Source of the DNA: Mugil cephalus | Taxonomy: Eukaryota | Length of the DNA: 64,000 bases | Reading direction: 5' to 3' | Assembly (NCBI RefSeq): GCF_022458985.1 | Contig: NC_061781.1 | Location: 26,321,222 to 26,385,221 of the forward strand | Shown: in pieces, positions 42,215-55,956 of the stretch | How the letters are laid out: every line of letters begins with the position of its first letter | How positions within the stretch are numbered: the stretch's first letter is position 1 | The notes under the pieces: generated by a model | What the model was told of the DNA's origin: nothing | The model's input: the letters and a program-made list of their open reading frames with translations, nothing else | Database searches by the model: none | Translations under genes and position numbers: made by a program

Positions 42215-44680
42215 ATGAATAGACATTATTTACATAGATAAATGTGCATGCATTCATTTGTCTTCTACACAGCATTTGCATCTATCTCTGCTAATAAGAC
42301 AAGGCGCTAAATTTCAAGGATTTAATCAGCTAGAGTTATTCTGCAGAAAGAAACTGTTGCACCGTAAAAGTTAAGATCTCTGTGATTTGGAGCGCATCAT
42401 TATCTCCAGAAAAATCCCGTCTACAGGTAAAACTAATTCTGCGCCCCCAAAGTCTCAATAGATCTGAAGCGACATTTGACAGAGACACCTAGACACGTTC
42501 AGTGAATCATTGCAGCTTACTGAGATATTCCACTTGTCCACAATTATCTCGATCATTGAGTTAGGTTTTGTGAAAACAAGTTTTTTGTTCATGTCACTAA
42601 GTTTTCTTCAGCTGTGATACAGATGGAAAAGCAACGTTAAAGGAGCTGTCCCAAAAACCAAACCACACTGTCCCAGACTCCTGAAAGAAGCCTGCAGCAT
42701 GATGAAGGCGAGAAGGGATGTATGAGTAAATGATAAAAATAAATAACAAAAGATTAGTGATCACTGAGCGCGTGAAGACAGACACAGGATAGTATCATTA
42801 CAGAAATATTTCTGATGTTTTTGGAGAAAAGAAGGGATTCATCATGCTTCTTAATAACCTCTGAGGTTTGTTTAATCATTTTATGCATTTATTTTTTTTT
42901 TATCATTTCACTTCAGTGAGTAATGCTCAAATCACTTATTTTATTTTTATTGTTAGCTGGCTGTTGTTTATCGTTTATTATGTGAAATAATGAAGAGAAA
43001 TATAATCTTTCCTGGAAATTCATTGATGTGTCTGACTCTGTGTCTAGAAAGACTGAGTGTGTGATCTGTGTTTGGTGTGTGACTGTGAAATTAGAAACCG
43101 CGTAAATTTCTGCGTAAATCTTTGAGTTAAAAACACTTCAGAAGCAACAACTGCTCAGGTCACATCAGACGTTTAGATGAGTCACACATCCAGCCCGTGC
43201 TCTCAGAGTTTAAAAGACTGCACAGACATTTTCCTGCCATTCACTCTTCATTTGACAAAACCTCTGTGGGTTTATATTATCATCAGTCAACCAATTCAAA
43301 CAACGTGATAAATATGAAACAAACTCATCTGTTAACTGTGTTGAATACTTTCAGAGCTTGTACAGTTAAAAGGTTTTTGTTTTCAAAGACGAGGGAGTAC
43401 ATCAAAACCCACATACCCTCATTCAAAGCGTGCAGGCACTTAATCCTGTCTTAAATCGCCTCCATTTGTTCTCAGTCTGTCTGACTGTGGGTTCTAAACT
43501 CCTTAGAGATGGTTTTGTAACTTTTTCCAACCTGATAAGCGACAACGTCTCTTGCTGTTGTGAAGATCAGACTGAAACAAAACTGTGGTTTATTTAAACT
43601 AAACCAGGAACAGAACCACACCTGAGTAAGTCTCACACATTGATGGAAACACTTCTGATCCATTTTCCTGAATAAACACTGATGCCTCACAGGCAGAAGG
43701 TTCTGGGTTTGAATCCACCGGCCAACTGGGCCTTTCTTTCTGCCACCACCATTATTCCAGCATTCAAAGATGAGCTAGTTAAGTTCACTGGTGATATTAA
43801 ACTCGTCTGTCTCTCTATGGGGTCTGCAGGAGCCCAGCAGATGGCGCTCTAGTTACACGACAATAAGAAGGTGACTAATGAGAGATTAAAGAGCATTATG
43901 CCAAGTGGAGAAGTAATTTGGTATTAAAAAACAAAGGAGGTCTCCTTTTGCCTGGACCCTGCTATAAAGGCTGACATAACTGAGCAGGCAATAAATGAAC
44001 ATTACTTCGCAGGAACATGGATGTTTGAAGATTAAATACAATAAACCACATTAGCCAGCCATTAAGTAGTCAGCTGAACTGGAAACTACAGCAGCTGATT
44101 TAGTGAATGAAATGATTTCTTTACTCCTAACATTGCAGGGGACCTCCTGCTAACATGGTTCTTATCAGTCAACAAATATTCCCACACAACTGCAGTTTTT
44201 CAAGTTAATAAATCCAGTTCCTGCACCATGATGGCACATCCTGGCCACAGAATGAAACCCTGCAGACATGTGAAACATTATCCTTTCAGCCACTACGCTC
44301 CAAAACTGTGGAACAGCCTGTCGGTGGATCTGAGAGGAGCTAGAAACATCGATTCTTATTGAAACAAAGCCTAGAAACCCATCTGTTCCATCTGACTTTC
44401 ATGTCATAGTCATTTTATTCTATTTTACAGTTTTATATTCTCCTATTTTTAGTATTTTTTGTTACATTTATTTATCCTATTTTTATGTTGTTATATCATA
44501 CTGTGTTTTTATTTTATTTTATAATTTTAGATTTGTATCTATTTATATGATTATACATTATTATAATAATAATCACTATTTTTATATTATTATCATCATT
44601 TACTTGTTTATTTATTTTGATATAATTTTTTGTTTAAAAACGTGCTGTATAAATAAGATTTGAAAAAGAATAAGATTAAG

Positions 44681-44740
44681 ATGGATGGATGGATGGATGG
44701 ATGGATGGATGGATGGATGGATGGATGGATGGATGGATGG
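44681..44740. repeat. (GGAT)n microsatellite
   Basis: ggatggatggatgg... is read directly from the sequence. Confidence 0.95.
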
Positions 44741-45421
44741 ACTGTATGACTGCTAGCCCCTGGCCAGTACCTGCCCTTGAGTTAACATGATGTCTGGTTC
44801 AAACTCCCAGAAGTCTCCTTTCTATGGAACCGGGCTATCTCTCTAGAAAACATCTTTTCTATCTTTTCCTCCAGGGACGTAGTTTCTTTCTTAGATTTAT
44901 AGTCAGTCTGCTCATTCTGCCTCAGCCTGCCCCACCAGAACTAGAAGCCCAGGACTCGAGTGCAGCTTCCTGCTCTCCTTCTTTCAGCTGGTACGGTTCT
45001 AGACCCTGATCCTGACCAGAACTGTGACACTACCTGAATGAGGAACTATGGGCAGAGAAGTCAACTCAATTAATCCTTTGATTTGTGAGGAGTGGAACCA
45101 GCAGTCAGATTGGCTTTGTAGGGTTTTATTCATGGGGTGTATAGCCTAGAAGGACTGGTCAGAACTAGTATCATTTAGAGTTGTCCAAGTTTTTTTGAGC
45201 CGTTCTAGGCAGTCACCATAATGGTGACGTCTGTCATTGTGAAAATTAACTAATTAAATATTAAGTATCATGTCAGGCTGAGATGGACACTCTAATCACT
45301 CATTTTTTTTTTTTTACCCACAAACCTTTATTTATTTTTTTGTAGATTTTTTGGGATGCTTAAACAAACAAACACAACAACAATAACTTATATATATACT
45401 TAGACCTATATATATACTGTA

Positions 45422-45463
<42 letters not shown>

Positions 45464-46452
45464 CATCTACTGGCAGGTTGATAATATTCACCTTCAGACT
45501 GAAAACTCTACACATCAGGCGTGAGCACATCATTTTAGTTTACACAAACAGCAATTACTTTTATTCAAAATTTGCATTTAATGTCTTCTATATTTTCATT
45601 TTCACACTGCAAATTCATCCCACAAGTCAGATCAGATCCTCCGCAGGCCGGTTTTGGTCCGCAGACATCTTTGACACCTCTGTGTTAGACAAAAAAGCTG
45701 AGACTTCACTAATTCAGTTATTGCTGTTTTCCTACTAATATATTAATATTTTGTCTGTGATGTACGTCCCTTCACCTTGTTAGAATGTATGAGTGTAGAG
45801 ATGAGTATAGTTCAGTCTCCCCAGGACTTCATCATCAATATTAATTTAGAATTTAAATTTAGGAACAAGACCAAGCCTGGGATGATTCTTACATCTTTCA
45901 TTCCAGAAACCAGGGGACAAGGAGCCCAAGATTCCCAAGATGTGCCCCCTTACACTGAGTCCCACTTCCTGACTTCCTCTACCACCATCCATCTGCACAC
46001 TGTGTCCCTCTCGTCCCTTCATCCCATTTGCCTCACATCCTGTCTGCCAACTAACTTCCTTGCATCAATTAAAGCATGGTCTTTCTTAGTGAATTAAAGT
46101 TTAATTAAAAGATGTTCACGTCAGTAATCCTGGAGGACCTGTGCTCTCTACATCAGCTCAGGTTTGTTCCTGGTGATCAATTGAAGCTTCAAGTGAGCTC
46201 AGAAACTCTGAATGGGTCTGAACGGAAGCTGGGGGAGAACTTGTAAAACCAAAATAATTCAAACATTCATCGTTTTGATTAAGTGTGGAGTCATTTTCCG
46301 AGTTCCGAGTTGCCATGGAAACGACCTGAGAAGACAAGCAGAACAGAGTGAGACGAGCTTTGAATCTTTAAATGGTCGACAGGCTGACACACCAGCAGCT
46401 GTTCGTCCCACGTGGGCCAACAAGATTTAAAGGTGACAGTTCAAACCTGGAT

Positions 46453-49400
46453 AACAGCTCACCTAATTAGTCCAGGCCATGGTGATGAAGACACCCTCCT
46501 CATCTTCATACTTAGACCTGGCCGACCTGCGTCTTCTCTTCCCATGGTTGCAGCTCTGAGACAAACACACATAGGTGAAGTTTAGTGTTCAGACATCATG
46601 TGCATGGGTGGATTTGGGGAGCGAGGCGTACCGGGGCACAGGTCTTGTTTTTGTCCTTCACGCACAGGTTGAGTTTGCAGTGCAGGTAGAGGTCGCCGGC
46701 AGACCCCTGGAACTGGAACATGCTGAAGGAGAAGTAGTTGGATGTTCCCAGTCCGTTGGCCACCACCTGCACCGTCTGGTCCCTAGGGTTCGGACAGCTG
46801 CACCGAAACAAGCATGAGTTGAGCTTTTTGCTGGACTCCTCCCTTTAACCCTTTAAGACCTAAACATCTGCTTGCAGATTAAAAAGAGAAAAACTTGTGG
46901 TATGTGAATTACTGTAACTAACTAATGGACAAAATTCAAAGTGTGGCTGAAAACTGGAGAGAAAAAAAAAGGGTGCCATTACAGTAATGATGACGCACCA
47001 TGTCCCAGAAAGAGAGAGAGAGTTATGTGGAGGAATTTATCGGTAAAAAGTAACTTAGTTATACCTTAAGATTTCACAAAGGTCACACAGCTTCCCAGTG
47101 TTCAGCCACACTTTGAAGTTTGTCAATAGCTTAAACCATTGTTCGAGTTACAGTAATTCTATAACCTGCTAACTTTAACAGATCATCAGTGATCTGTTTG
47201 GTTCGTAAGGGTTAAAAGGCTGGACTCAGAGAGCCTCTCACCCGTTGATGATCAGATTGTATCTCACGTTCCCATTAGGCGATGGCTGGTTGGTTGCCCA
47301 GCAGGAATCCGTCACCACGGTGATTACTTTGTCATCCAGGCCATCAGTCTCCAGCTCCACCCAGACCATCTGCTTGAGCTGAATGCCTGTGCTTGACTCA
47401 ATGGGTTGTGTGCGATCAGCGTCGGTGTAGGCCTTCATGAACAGAGTATAGTTCCAAGTTCCAGATACGATTTGCTGGATCACAGAGCTGCAAGATGCAC
47501 ACACACAGACAAAAAACATTCAGCTCTACTCTAAGGTCTGTTTCTGGTCAAATCTCTTCTGTGTCACCTCATCCAGCTTATGTCCCCTCACCTGTCTTTG
47601 ATTCTGAAGGACATGGTCTTGACGTTGGGCTGGCCGTAGAAGCAGGAGAAGTCGATTGCCACTTGGTTGTGGCGATGGATAACCTCACCTTGTGACTTTG
47701 CCGAAGTCATGATGGTGTTCTTGTAAATAATTTGGCTGTTATTGCCCTGTAGAGTCAAAGGGATCCAGAAGGTGTTACTGCAGACAGTCCATCACAGGAT
47801 GGGACAAGATTCACTGATGTTTATAACAGAGGAGTTGGAAGGGCAAAGGGGCAGAGACCAGAGCTCTGCATCCATACATGGATCAATCACTGCGGAGGCC
47901 TGAACTTCATCAATATTAAAAACATATTAAAAATCACAAGCATCATTATCATAAATGCGACTTCTGTGTTCATAAACAGCAGTGAGTAAATGAGAGACGC
48001 CCACCGTGACCACCGTCCCACAGGTGTTGTCCCTATCGAAGCTGAACGTCACCATGTGGCTCTCCTCGTCCATGTGACCCGTGCAGTTCTGGTCGACGAG
48101 GTGTAGGATGGAGTAATCGATTAATTTCTCTTCCAGGAGACAACCGACCAGAGACACAGAAGCAGAGTTCTGTCCACAGACTGTCGGCTCGCCTGGAAAT
48201 TAAGTTCCTGTTAACTGGCTGCGCTGAACTGAACTGTAGATGAAACTGATGAGCATTCCTCCCTCCTTACCTAAAGTGTCCATTGATCGGTATCTGGAGG
48301 CAAAAATGGCTCGACACAAGCAGCTGGTTCCTCCTCTGAGGTCATCACCGCAGAACTCATGAGAGCTGCAGAAGGTGTCCTGACAGAAGGCCTGAGGAGA
48401 GGCTACACGAAACAAATACGACCAGTCACCAGCTCTGGACATTTACTTGTTTATAATTAATATTACTATATGGTTCCTTGTCCTCAGGTGAACTTGAGCC
48501 TTGATTGTGTGTATTATTCTCAGAAGAGCGACAGGTGAAAGTGAGTTGTGTCCTGAGTTTAACTTTTGTATGAAAGCATGATATTGGGAAGATTCCGCGT
48601 TTTGGAGAAAATTACCTCAAAATCTCCTCTCTCCCTAAACCGGACTTGCTTAAATAAAACGCTGTTCTAAGCTAACTATTCGTTTGCATCATGCGTTAGA
48701 AAGCAAAGGAAGAATGAAGGATGAACCTACAGCAGCCGGCCTTTGACCTCCAGTCTTCCAGGGTGACGTTGCTGTGCAGGCTGCAGGCTCTGGCGTAGGC
48801 CTCCAGGAACTGGCACCTGAGACCGTCCACATCCGGATAGTAGCAGAGAGTGTTGGTGCAGGCGGTGACGAAGGGCTCTGGGTCGGTGTAGCCATGGCAG
48901 GAGCTGAAAGGCGCCTCCTTCAGGAGACTACAGCTGTTACAAGGAGACATAACAATCCAATCATCAGGCGAGAAAACAAGGTCAGTGAGTACTAGGAAGA
49001 ATGATAGGTCAGTGGAGTGTGTGCCAGAGCTGAGTCATGTCCAGTCTGGCCACAGGTATCAGCGGATCTACAACTCAGTCTCATCCAAATAAAAAGGTGG
49101 ACAGTCTGAGTTCAGGTGTGATTATGTTCCAGCTCATGTTCAGTGTATTCAGGAGTGTCTTCTACTCACTGTTCAGTCACTGTGGTGCAGTTGATGGTGT
49201 CATCGGCAGGCTCACTGTGTTGCATCTCACAGCTGGCAGGAAGTAAAGGACAAAGAGCACAAGGTCAGGAGAGTTCCTCATTCCTACAGATACACACATG
49301 ACCTCCATGAGACAGCAGCCAGGTAGTGACCAAGTCTCACCTGGCCATGCTGTGCTCTGTGAGCCTCATCTCACTCAAAGGTCTGCTGGAGTTGCTGCAT

Positions 49401-52057
49401 AAGCCCTGTAGTGTTCCTCCACCTGGTCCTGGACAGTTTGAGGACAGAATGAAGCACAGAGGAAAAACTGTCACCTCCCCTAAAGCATGAAGGAGGTTTA
49501 TTGTACCTGTCAGGTAGATCTGTGCAGTGTAGCCATCAAAGAAGACAGACATGTTATGGTTGGAGAGCTTCATCTTGACAGTGACTCCGGTTTGGTCCTT
49601 AGAGAGTTCCACACCGTGAAGGTGCAGTGGAGCATCAAGGCTCAGCTTTGTGTTGTTAACCTGTGCCACAGCAGAGGGAAGCACAGTGGGTTTAGTAGCT
49701 CCACAGCAGCCGCAGAAAACCTGGAATCTATCAGTGAGACCTGACTGATATTCATGATCTCTGTTACCTCAACTCTCCCTCCTTGTCCCAGGTGAATGTC
49801 AACGCCCGGTCCATCCAGACGCAGAATCACACGATCCAAGAAACTGACGTCTTTGCGTCGACGCTCCTGGAAGAAAGCCAGCACCTGGACATCAGCATCT
49901 GACAACAGAGTGTATGCACAACAGTCTGGGACAGACGTGACGCCATCAGCCAGGTCGATGAGAGTGGAGCCGGTCAAGGTGCAGGAGGCCTCCAAGGTGC
50001 ACCTGACAGCGGAGAAGGTAGGAAATCAGACACAAACACAAACATATAACTGATTCAGGGAATGGTAAGTTGAAATGAGAAATATTTACCGGCCACCATG
50101 TTGACAGCTCTTCTTAGGGCCACAAGGGCCAGTGCTAAGGGCTGCATTATCATTGCAGAATATGGAGTTGCCTTCAGAGTCACACACACCTGTGTCTGGA
50201 TAATATAAAACTCCTGGAGAAAAAAAAGTTGCAGGATTATGTGAGCACTACAGTAAAATTAAAACATTCATTTGTCCTTGAGAGCACCGAAGCTTAAAAA
50301 TGTCATCCTGGACTATTAAGTTCTTGCTTATTTTTGCCATAGGCAAGTCAGAATTTGAGATTTGAGTGCACAAGTGAAATTACCATGATGATGTCTCAGC
50401 TTTCAGAAACAGTTGGATTTTTTCCCCATAGCATAATAAGATGAAATCTTATTAGTGTGTAAATGTGCCACTGGCAACACACTAGGTTTTTCAAGTCTTA
50501 GAGAGTCAGCTGGCACATATTAATGAGCCAAGATTTTCCAGGTCATTGTGAATTCTGATGACGGAGGTTTAATTTGCACTGAAGGAATGCTTCCAGAATA
50601 TTTGCTCGGCTTTACCTTCATGCCTGCATCCACTCAGGTCCACGTAGAAATCAGGGTCGTTCCGTTCAATCACTTGAATGCCATCAACCTCCAAAAGTGC
50701 CGGCAGGGGCTGCATGAGAGCAACAGCACAGAGGTTACTGAGCTGGTGCCTGCACGCTCCAAAAGACTGAAGGGCACTTTCTACCACCAGGACATAGGTC
50801 TCCTCGACTCAACATAAACTAATCTCCATCTGTCAGTCCGCTATAATGTGCATTATGACTGTCACTTTACCAAACACCTGTCACCTTTAGTCTGTACTGC
50901 AAAAGCTGTAGATTTATCTGAACACATGACGATATCAAATATAGTTGATGGAGATAGCTTAAAGCTCCTTACATACATTCAAATACAACAGAAATACATC
51001 TAAATGCATCTAACATCCGGCGACATGAGCACAGACGCTACTGCTGAATGAATAAAGGAGAATAACAATTTATCTGAAACTAGAGGGGTACTGGAGTTGC
51101 CTGCCTCTCCTGAAATGCAACAGTCAAAAACACAGTCTTTACTCATTGAGATCCTACGATTACTTACCACCATGGACTGTGTCATGAAATACAGTTCTAC
51201 AGCTGACTGGGTCTCAAACTGGCGGAAAGAAAAAGTTATCTGAAACATGAAACAGAGATTCAAAGTTAGGGTTAAGCTTCTTAAAGGTTTTTTATAAAAC
51301 CATGTGAACTGATCTGTTTTCAAATTTATTTAGAGAGACGCTGATGGAGCAGAACATCACTCACTGACTGAGGATGGGTGGTGTTGCCTAGCAGCAGAGC
51401 GAATTCACATGTGGATGAGCCGGTCAGCTGTGGCAGAGCTTGGTGAAAAGGGGATTGAGGTCCAGCTTTAAGGCTCCGTGCATACCAGACACCTGATTCT
51501 GCTCCCAGCTGGGGGGTGAGGACGCAATCATTCATGGTTCCAGGGCTGAAAGGAGCTTTGAAGCAAACAGCAATCTTACCATCGGTGATGTTCACCTGGA
51601 CACAGAGATACAATAAATACAAAGTCAAACTGCAGAATGAGGCTGATTTCAAAGTTGAAGATGGATTTAACTCACGTATACTGTTGAGTAAAGTTCTCCA
51701 AAGTACAGGACGGGACAGGCGCTGGCATCTAACTGAGCTGGGGCTGTAAATACATTTGCATCTGCAGACATGGAGGAAATGCCATGACAGTCAGTGACGG
51801 CAATCAGCAGGCTGGACAACTGGACACATATTAGCAAAATTCAGGGCCTTCTGTTTATTGACTAAGATGAGCTTCCTGCTTCAAATCATTCCCAGACGCT
51901 TGGAGTCTCTGATATCAGTCCACTCCACTACACGGGTGTTTCTGAACTCATCGCGTGAGAGTTTCAAAATGGCTGCCATGCAGATGTGTGTGTTCTTACC
52001 TGCCATATGGCTGAATATGGCCAGGTGGAACAGGAGGAGGAGGAAGAGGTGGTGCAT
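46453..52057 (-). CDS. Secreted vWD-C8-EGF-ZP domain glycoprotein (alpha-tectorin-like), multi-exon. Exons identified include 52000..52057 (signal peptide, ATG at 52057), about 51368..51597, about 50608..50803 and about 50100..50210 (Cys-rich). The vWD exons are 49768..50002 and 49517..49661, followed by about 49351..49436 and about 49185..49250. The C8 exon is about 48724..48938. Further exons are about 48200..48390 (EGF), about 47940..48160 and 47560..47760 (ZP-N), 47242..47487 and 46632..46797 (ZP-C), and 46453..46545 (stop TAG at 46453).
   Basis: The signal peptide is MHHLFLLLLFHLAIFSHMAG. vWD motifs are CTLTGSTLIDLADGVTSVPDCCAYTLLSD...VNNTKLSLDAPLHLHGVELSKDQTGVTVKMKLSNHNMSVFFDGYTAQIYLT. 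The C8 motif is CHGYTDPEPFVTACTNTLCYYPDVDGLRCQFLEAYARACSLHSNVTLEDWRSKAGC. The ZP-N motif is CLLEEKLIDYSILHLVDQNCTGHMDEESHMVTFSFDRDNTCGTVVT. The ZP-C motif is ..VITVVTDSCWATNQPSPNGNVRYNLIING / CPNPRDQTVQVVANGLGTSNYFSFSMFQFQGSAGDLYLHCKLNLCVKDKNKTCAP. A consensus furin site GKRRRRSARS precedes a short hydrophobic tail. The N-terminal exon chain is not fully resolved. Confidence 0.6.
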
Positions 52058-52190
52058 GGTGGAGGAGACCAATCAGCTGGCAGAGAGCTGGAAGACAGAT
52101 AGTCACAGTTTATCTTCACAACATTTCCCAGTGATCAGGAACTAAAGTTGAGTTTCCTCTCAGACAGAAAATAGATGCAATAATGACTGA

Positions 52191-52295
52191 CTGATCTGAT
52201 CTGATCTGATCTGATCTGATCTGATCTGATCTGATCTGATCTCATCTCATCTCATCTCATCTCATCTCATCTCATCTCATCTCATCTCATCTCAT
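52191..52295. repeat. Compound microsatellite (GATCT)n-(TCTCA)n immediately upstream of the alpha-tectorin-like gene start
   Basis: ctgatctgatctgatc...tctcatctcatctcat is read directly from the sequence. Confidence 0.9.
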
Positions 52296-52699
52296 CTCCT
52301 ACTACCACATATCCTCACTAGGGTGTCGGGGGTTGCTAGAGCCTATCTCATCTGTCATCGGGTAAGAGTTGGGGTACACCCTGTACTGGTCGCCACTGTA
52401 CATAATATAATAAATAAATTGTAATAAAGAAACATAGAAGCTAAAAATAAAATAGGAAAACTAAATCAATATACACAATCAATATACACAATAATTCCAA
52501 GATTAACAAAATAATATAATCTTAAAAAAATATGTGAAAATACACTGAAATAAATTTCACAACTATGTGCAAAACGTGCCAGTAACAATAAGTCCAGTGT
52601 CATCAGTTTATTATTATGGCTGGTTAGCCACTGAGTTCCACTGAGATAACAGTAATAATAATAAATAATAATACATGTCTTTTATAATGCCCTTGTATG

Positions 52700-52960
52700 C
52701 ATGTCCACAGATGCATTGGTGGGTGAGGAGGGAAACCTTATATTCAGTCCTGGTGGAAACAGGAAGCCGTTGGAGTGAGCGGAGGATGGGGTAATGTGCT
52801 CATGTTTACGCATTTTCACCAGGATCCTAACTGCAGAGTCTTGGATGTACTGGAGCCTCTGCAGGCTCTTGCTAGGGATCCCGATGAGAAGTGTATTGCA
52901 GTAATCTAGTCTGGAGGAGACAAAGGCATGGACCAGTTTTTCGGCATCTGAGAGTGACCA
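52700..52960. repeat. Teleost interspersed repeat
   Basis: The minus strand encodes ..DAEKLVHAFVSSRLDYCNTLLIGIPSKSLQRLQYIQDSAVRILVKMRKHEHITP.., a sequence I recognise as recurring in many fish genomes. A SINE-like tail (caattcaattcag...tttatttatatagcgccaa) follows at ~52980-53060. Confidence 0.4.
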
Positions 52961-54889
52961 TTTAAATGGATTTCAATTCAATTCAATTCAATTCAGTTTT
53001 ATTTATATAGCGCCAATAACAATACAAATCGTCTCAAGACGCTTCACAAAAACCAGCCTGCAACCTGCAACCTCCAGAGCAAGCCTGAGGGCTTTTGAGG
53101 ATTTGAAATCTTATTTTATTTAAAAGAGCTTATTATATGTTGTCTGCAGACAGCTTGGTGCCGCATAGAGTTAAATGAATCCTGTGTTTTGTGGTGGGAA
53201 GGTTATAGTCGCTAAGTGTTGAGTTCAGATGGAGAGACATTTTAGAAATTAAAGAAATAAAGAGCCACTTCTCTGCCACCTCTCGACTTCTCGTGATTTT
53301 ATATATCACTCACATACTGTACATCGTCTTACAGACTGTTGTTGCTTCTCCACTGTTTTCTGACATTTTACATCCTAAATTGATGGAGAGGACTATTTGA
53401 TTTACAGGATTTCTACAATGGAGTCATTCAACAGATGACGATGATGATGATAGATAATTAATCTTTACAATCAACAAGTTCAACATAAACAGAAATGACT
53501 CAAACTAAAATTGTCCTCTCGACAAGACAGAGGGCCAAACATGAAGTACTAGTGGTGTTGTGGAGCCTATCCCTGCTTTCACTGGACAAGAGGCATGGTA
53601 CAGTCTCTCTCACATGCACACACCTGATTAAGAATCACTGATTAATCCAACACGCATGTCTTTAAACTGTGGGAGGAAGCTGGAGCTCCTGCAGAAAACC
53701 GACAAAGGTACAGGGAGAACCCTAAACCAAACCCCAAGGCAGAGAAAGGCCCCAGAATTGCAGCAAACAACAAATTCCAATGTGTAACAAATTATATAAA
53801 CCCGCACCATGTGGAGTAACACCAGCTTTAGTCTGGACTATATGAATCAGTCCTGACACACCTGTGGATGCTCAGATGAGGCAGAATCACAGTCAAAATC
53901 AGACTCAGGGCTGGGCGGCCTACCTGTTGATGGTTTGCTTGGAGGCAGAAGATGTTTTCTAATGAGTCTTCGGTTCTGCTTCAGGTTCCTGTCCTTCTCT
54001 GAGTGAGGCTCTGCTGTGCTCAGCTTTTATTTTTGTCCGGCTAAAGAAGAATTTCACCCCAAAGTGGTTTCACCTTAATCACACCATTCCTGACCAGCCT
54101 ATACACTGAAATATGTACCGTGCACATCTCAACTTACATTCCCACAATGCACTGGGCGGGATTGGATAGATTACAGCTGTCAGTGAAGATGCTCAGAGAT
54201 GGTGATCAGTAAGCAGAAACTTTCCCATGCAAGACTCCACCTCAAGCAAACAGCTAGGCGGAACTTTCTACACCTGCTGGGTCCATAGTTGAGCTGTCGC
54301 AGTCTCAGGAAACATACCTCACTAAATAAAAAGGTCACAGTGGTTAACTTTTACCAAAGTGACCAATCAGAGCTGTACCTCAATGAGTTTTACAGACGGA
54401 CATACCCTGTCTTCACATAATGAGCAGAAAACAGGCTGGGACTCACGCAACAAGTTCACATGGGAAGCTTTCTCAAGATCAGGAACGAGATCAGGTTGAA
54501 GACTCTTCTCAGATGGAATGGAATGGAATATTTTGAATACTTGGAATATGTGACATATGTACTGTGTACGTCTCTGTCTGCATTCATCTGTAGAAACTTA
54601 AATACAAACACCTGGGTGTAACATTAAGGAGGAAGATTGTGGTACATCTATTACAGAGGATGAAGAGGAGCTGAATCACTAGGGCAACATTACCTCAGGT
54701 GGCATTAGTAGGGAGCCTACAGCAGGTTTACTGCCATGCTGGTCAATCCTGACTGAAGTATAATTTATGATGTTCCAGTTCCCAGAGCAATGTTTCTCAG
54801 GATGATCTTTGTCCAAACAGAAATCTGAGTTACTCAGTATGTCTGCAGGTGTTTTACTCTGACACGTGGTAAGTATCATCTTCATTTAT

Positions 54890-55310
54890 GCACTTGTTTG
54901 AATTCGTGCCTTTTCCTGGGGGTGGTGTGACCACAGGAAAGCAGCTCCAAGGTATTTCTCAGGGATGTGTCTGGCCAAGACTCACTGACACAAATCTGGA
55001 CACAAGAGCTCCATGTTTGGTTCCAGTATGGACCTGGATCCAGCTTCTCATCTCATTTTCTATGACCACTTGTCCTCAAGAGGATGGGGCGAGTTCGAAG
55101 TGTGAAGTGTGAAGAAAGCCATCAGAACCCTTGAGGTAGCCAGCTCACGGATGGGATGAGAGGTGGGGGTACACACTGGACAGACAGACAACCATTTATA
55201 TTCGAGTCCATGGCCACTTTAGAATCACAAATGAACAACAAGCAAGAGTACCTGGAGAGAGCCCACGCAGACACAGGGAGAACATGCAAACTCCACACAG
55301 AGAAGCTTAA
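54890..55310. repeat. Teleost interspersed repeat (SINE/LINE-tail family)
   Basis: It contains ..gagagcccacgcagacacagggagaacatgcaaactccacacagagaag.., a motif I recognise from a very widespread teleost repeat. A second fragment lies in the opposite orientation at ~53640-53720. Confidence 0.4.
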
Positions 55311-55584
55311 TGCAACGTAGGACTATTATCATAAAGGTACTACTAATCAATTAATTGACAAGAGTTTTCTTTTTGTCATAAAATCTACATTTAAATAGAA
55401 TCTTGTGTTAGAACAATGACAATAAAGTTCAGCTACTTGATTATCATGTCACTGACTGGATTCTGTTTGTTGTTTTTTCTTTCTTTGGTCGAATTGGTGA
55501 AGAGGGGAGGAGCAGGAATAACCAGGTTTAAGATGGAGAATGTTGATCAGAAAGTTGCCATAGTGTCTTTGTCCCTCAGTGATT

Positions 55585-55899
55585 ATGGAGATCCTGCATG
55601 AAGCTGAACTCTGCTTTCCACTCCTCCTCAACACCTCCTGCAGGAAGACGCTGAGGCACCAGACACAAATCATCCTTTATATCCTGCTGTCCTGCATCTC
55701 TCTACTCACTGTGGTCCTCAACCTGCTTGTCATCATCTCCATCTCACATTTTAGGTATGAAATCACCCAAACCACAACTCTTTTTCTTCCTTCACAGAGG
55801 TTTACTCAGTGGGCTCTGGGGCAAAAGAGATGTCATGCAATATTAAAAATGATCACTCATGTGATGACTTTTACAATTGATATATGACTATATCTGATA

Positions 55900-55956
<57 letters not shown>

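Noticed and set aside
43690-43740. tRNA-like T-arm motif ggttctgggtttgaatcc
   Set aside because: No acceptor stem, D-arm or anticodon arm can be folded around it. It is most likely a tRNA-derived SINE fragment.
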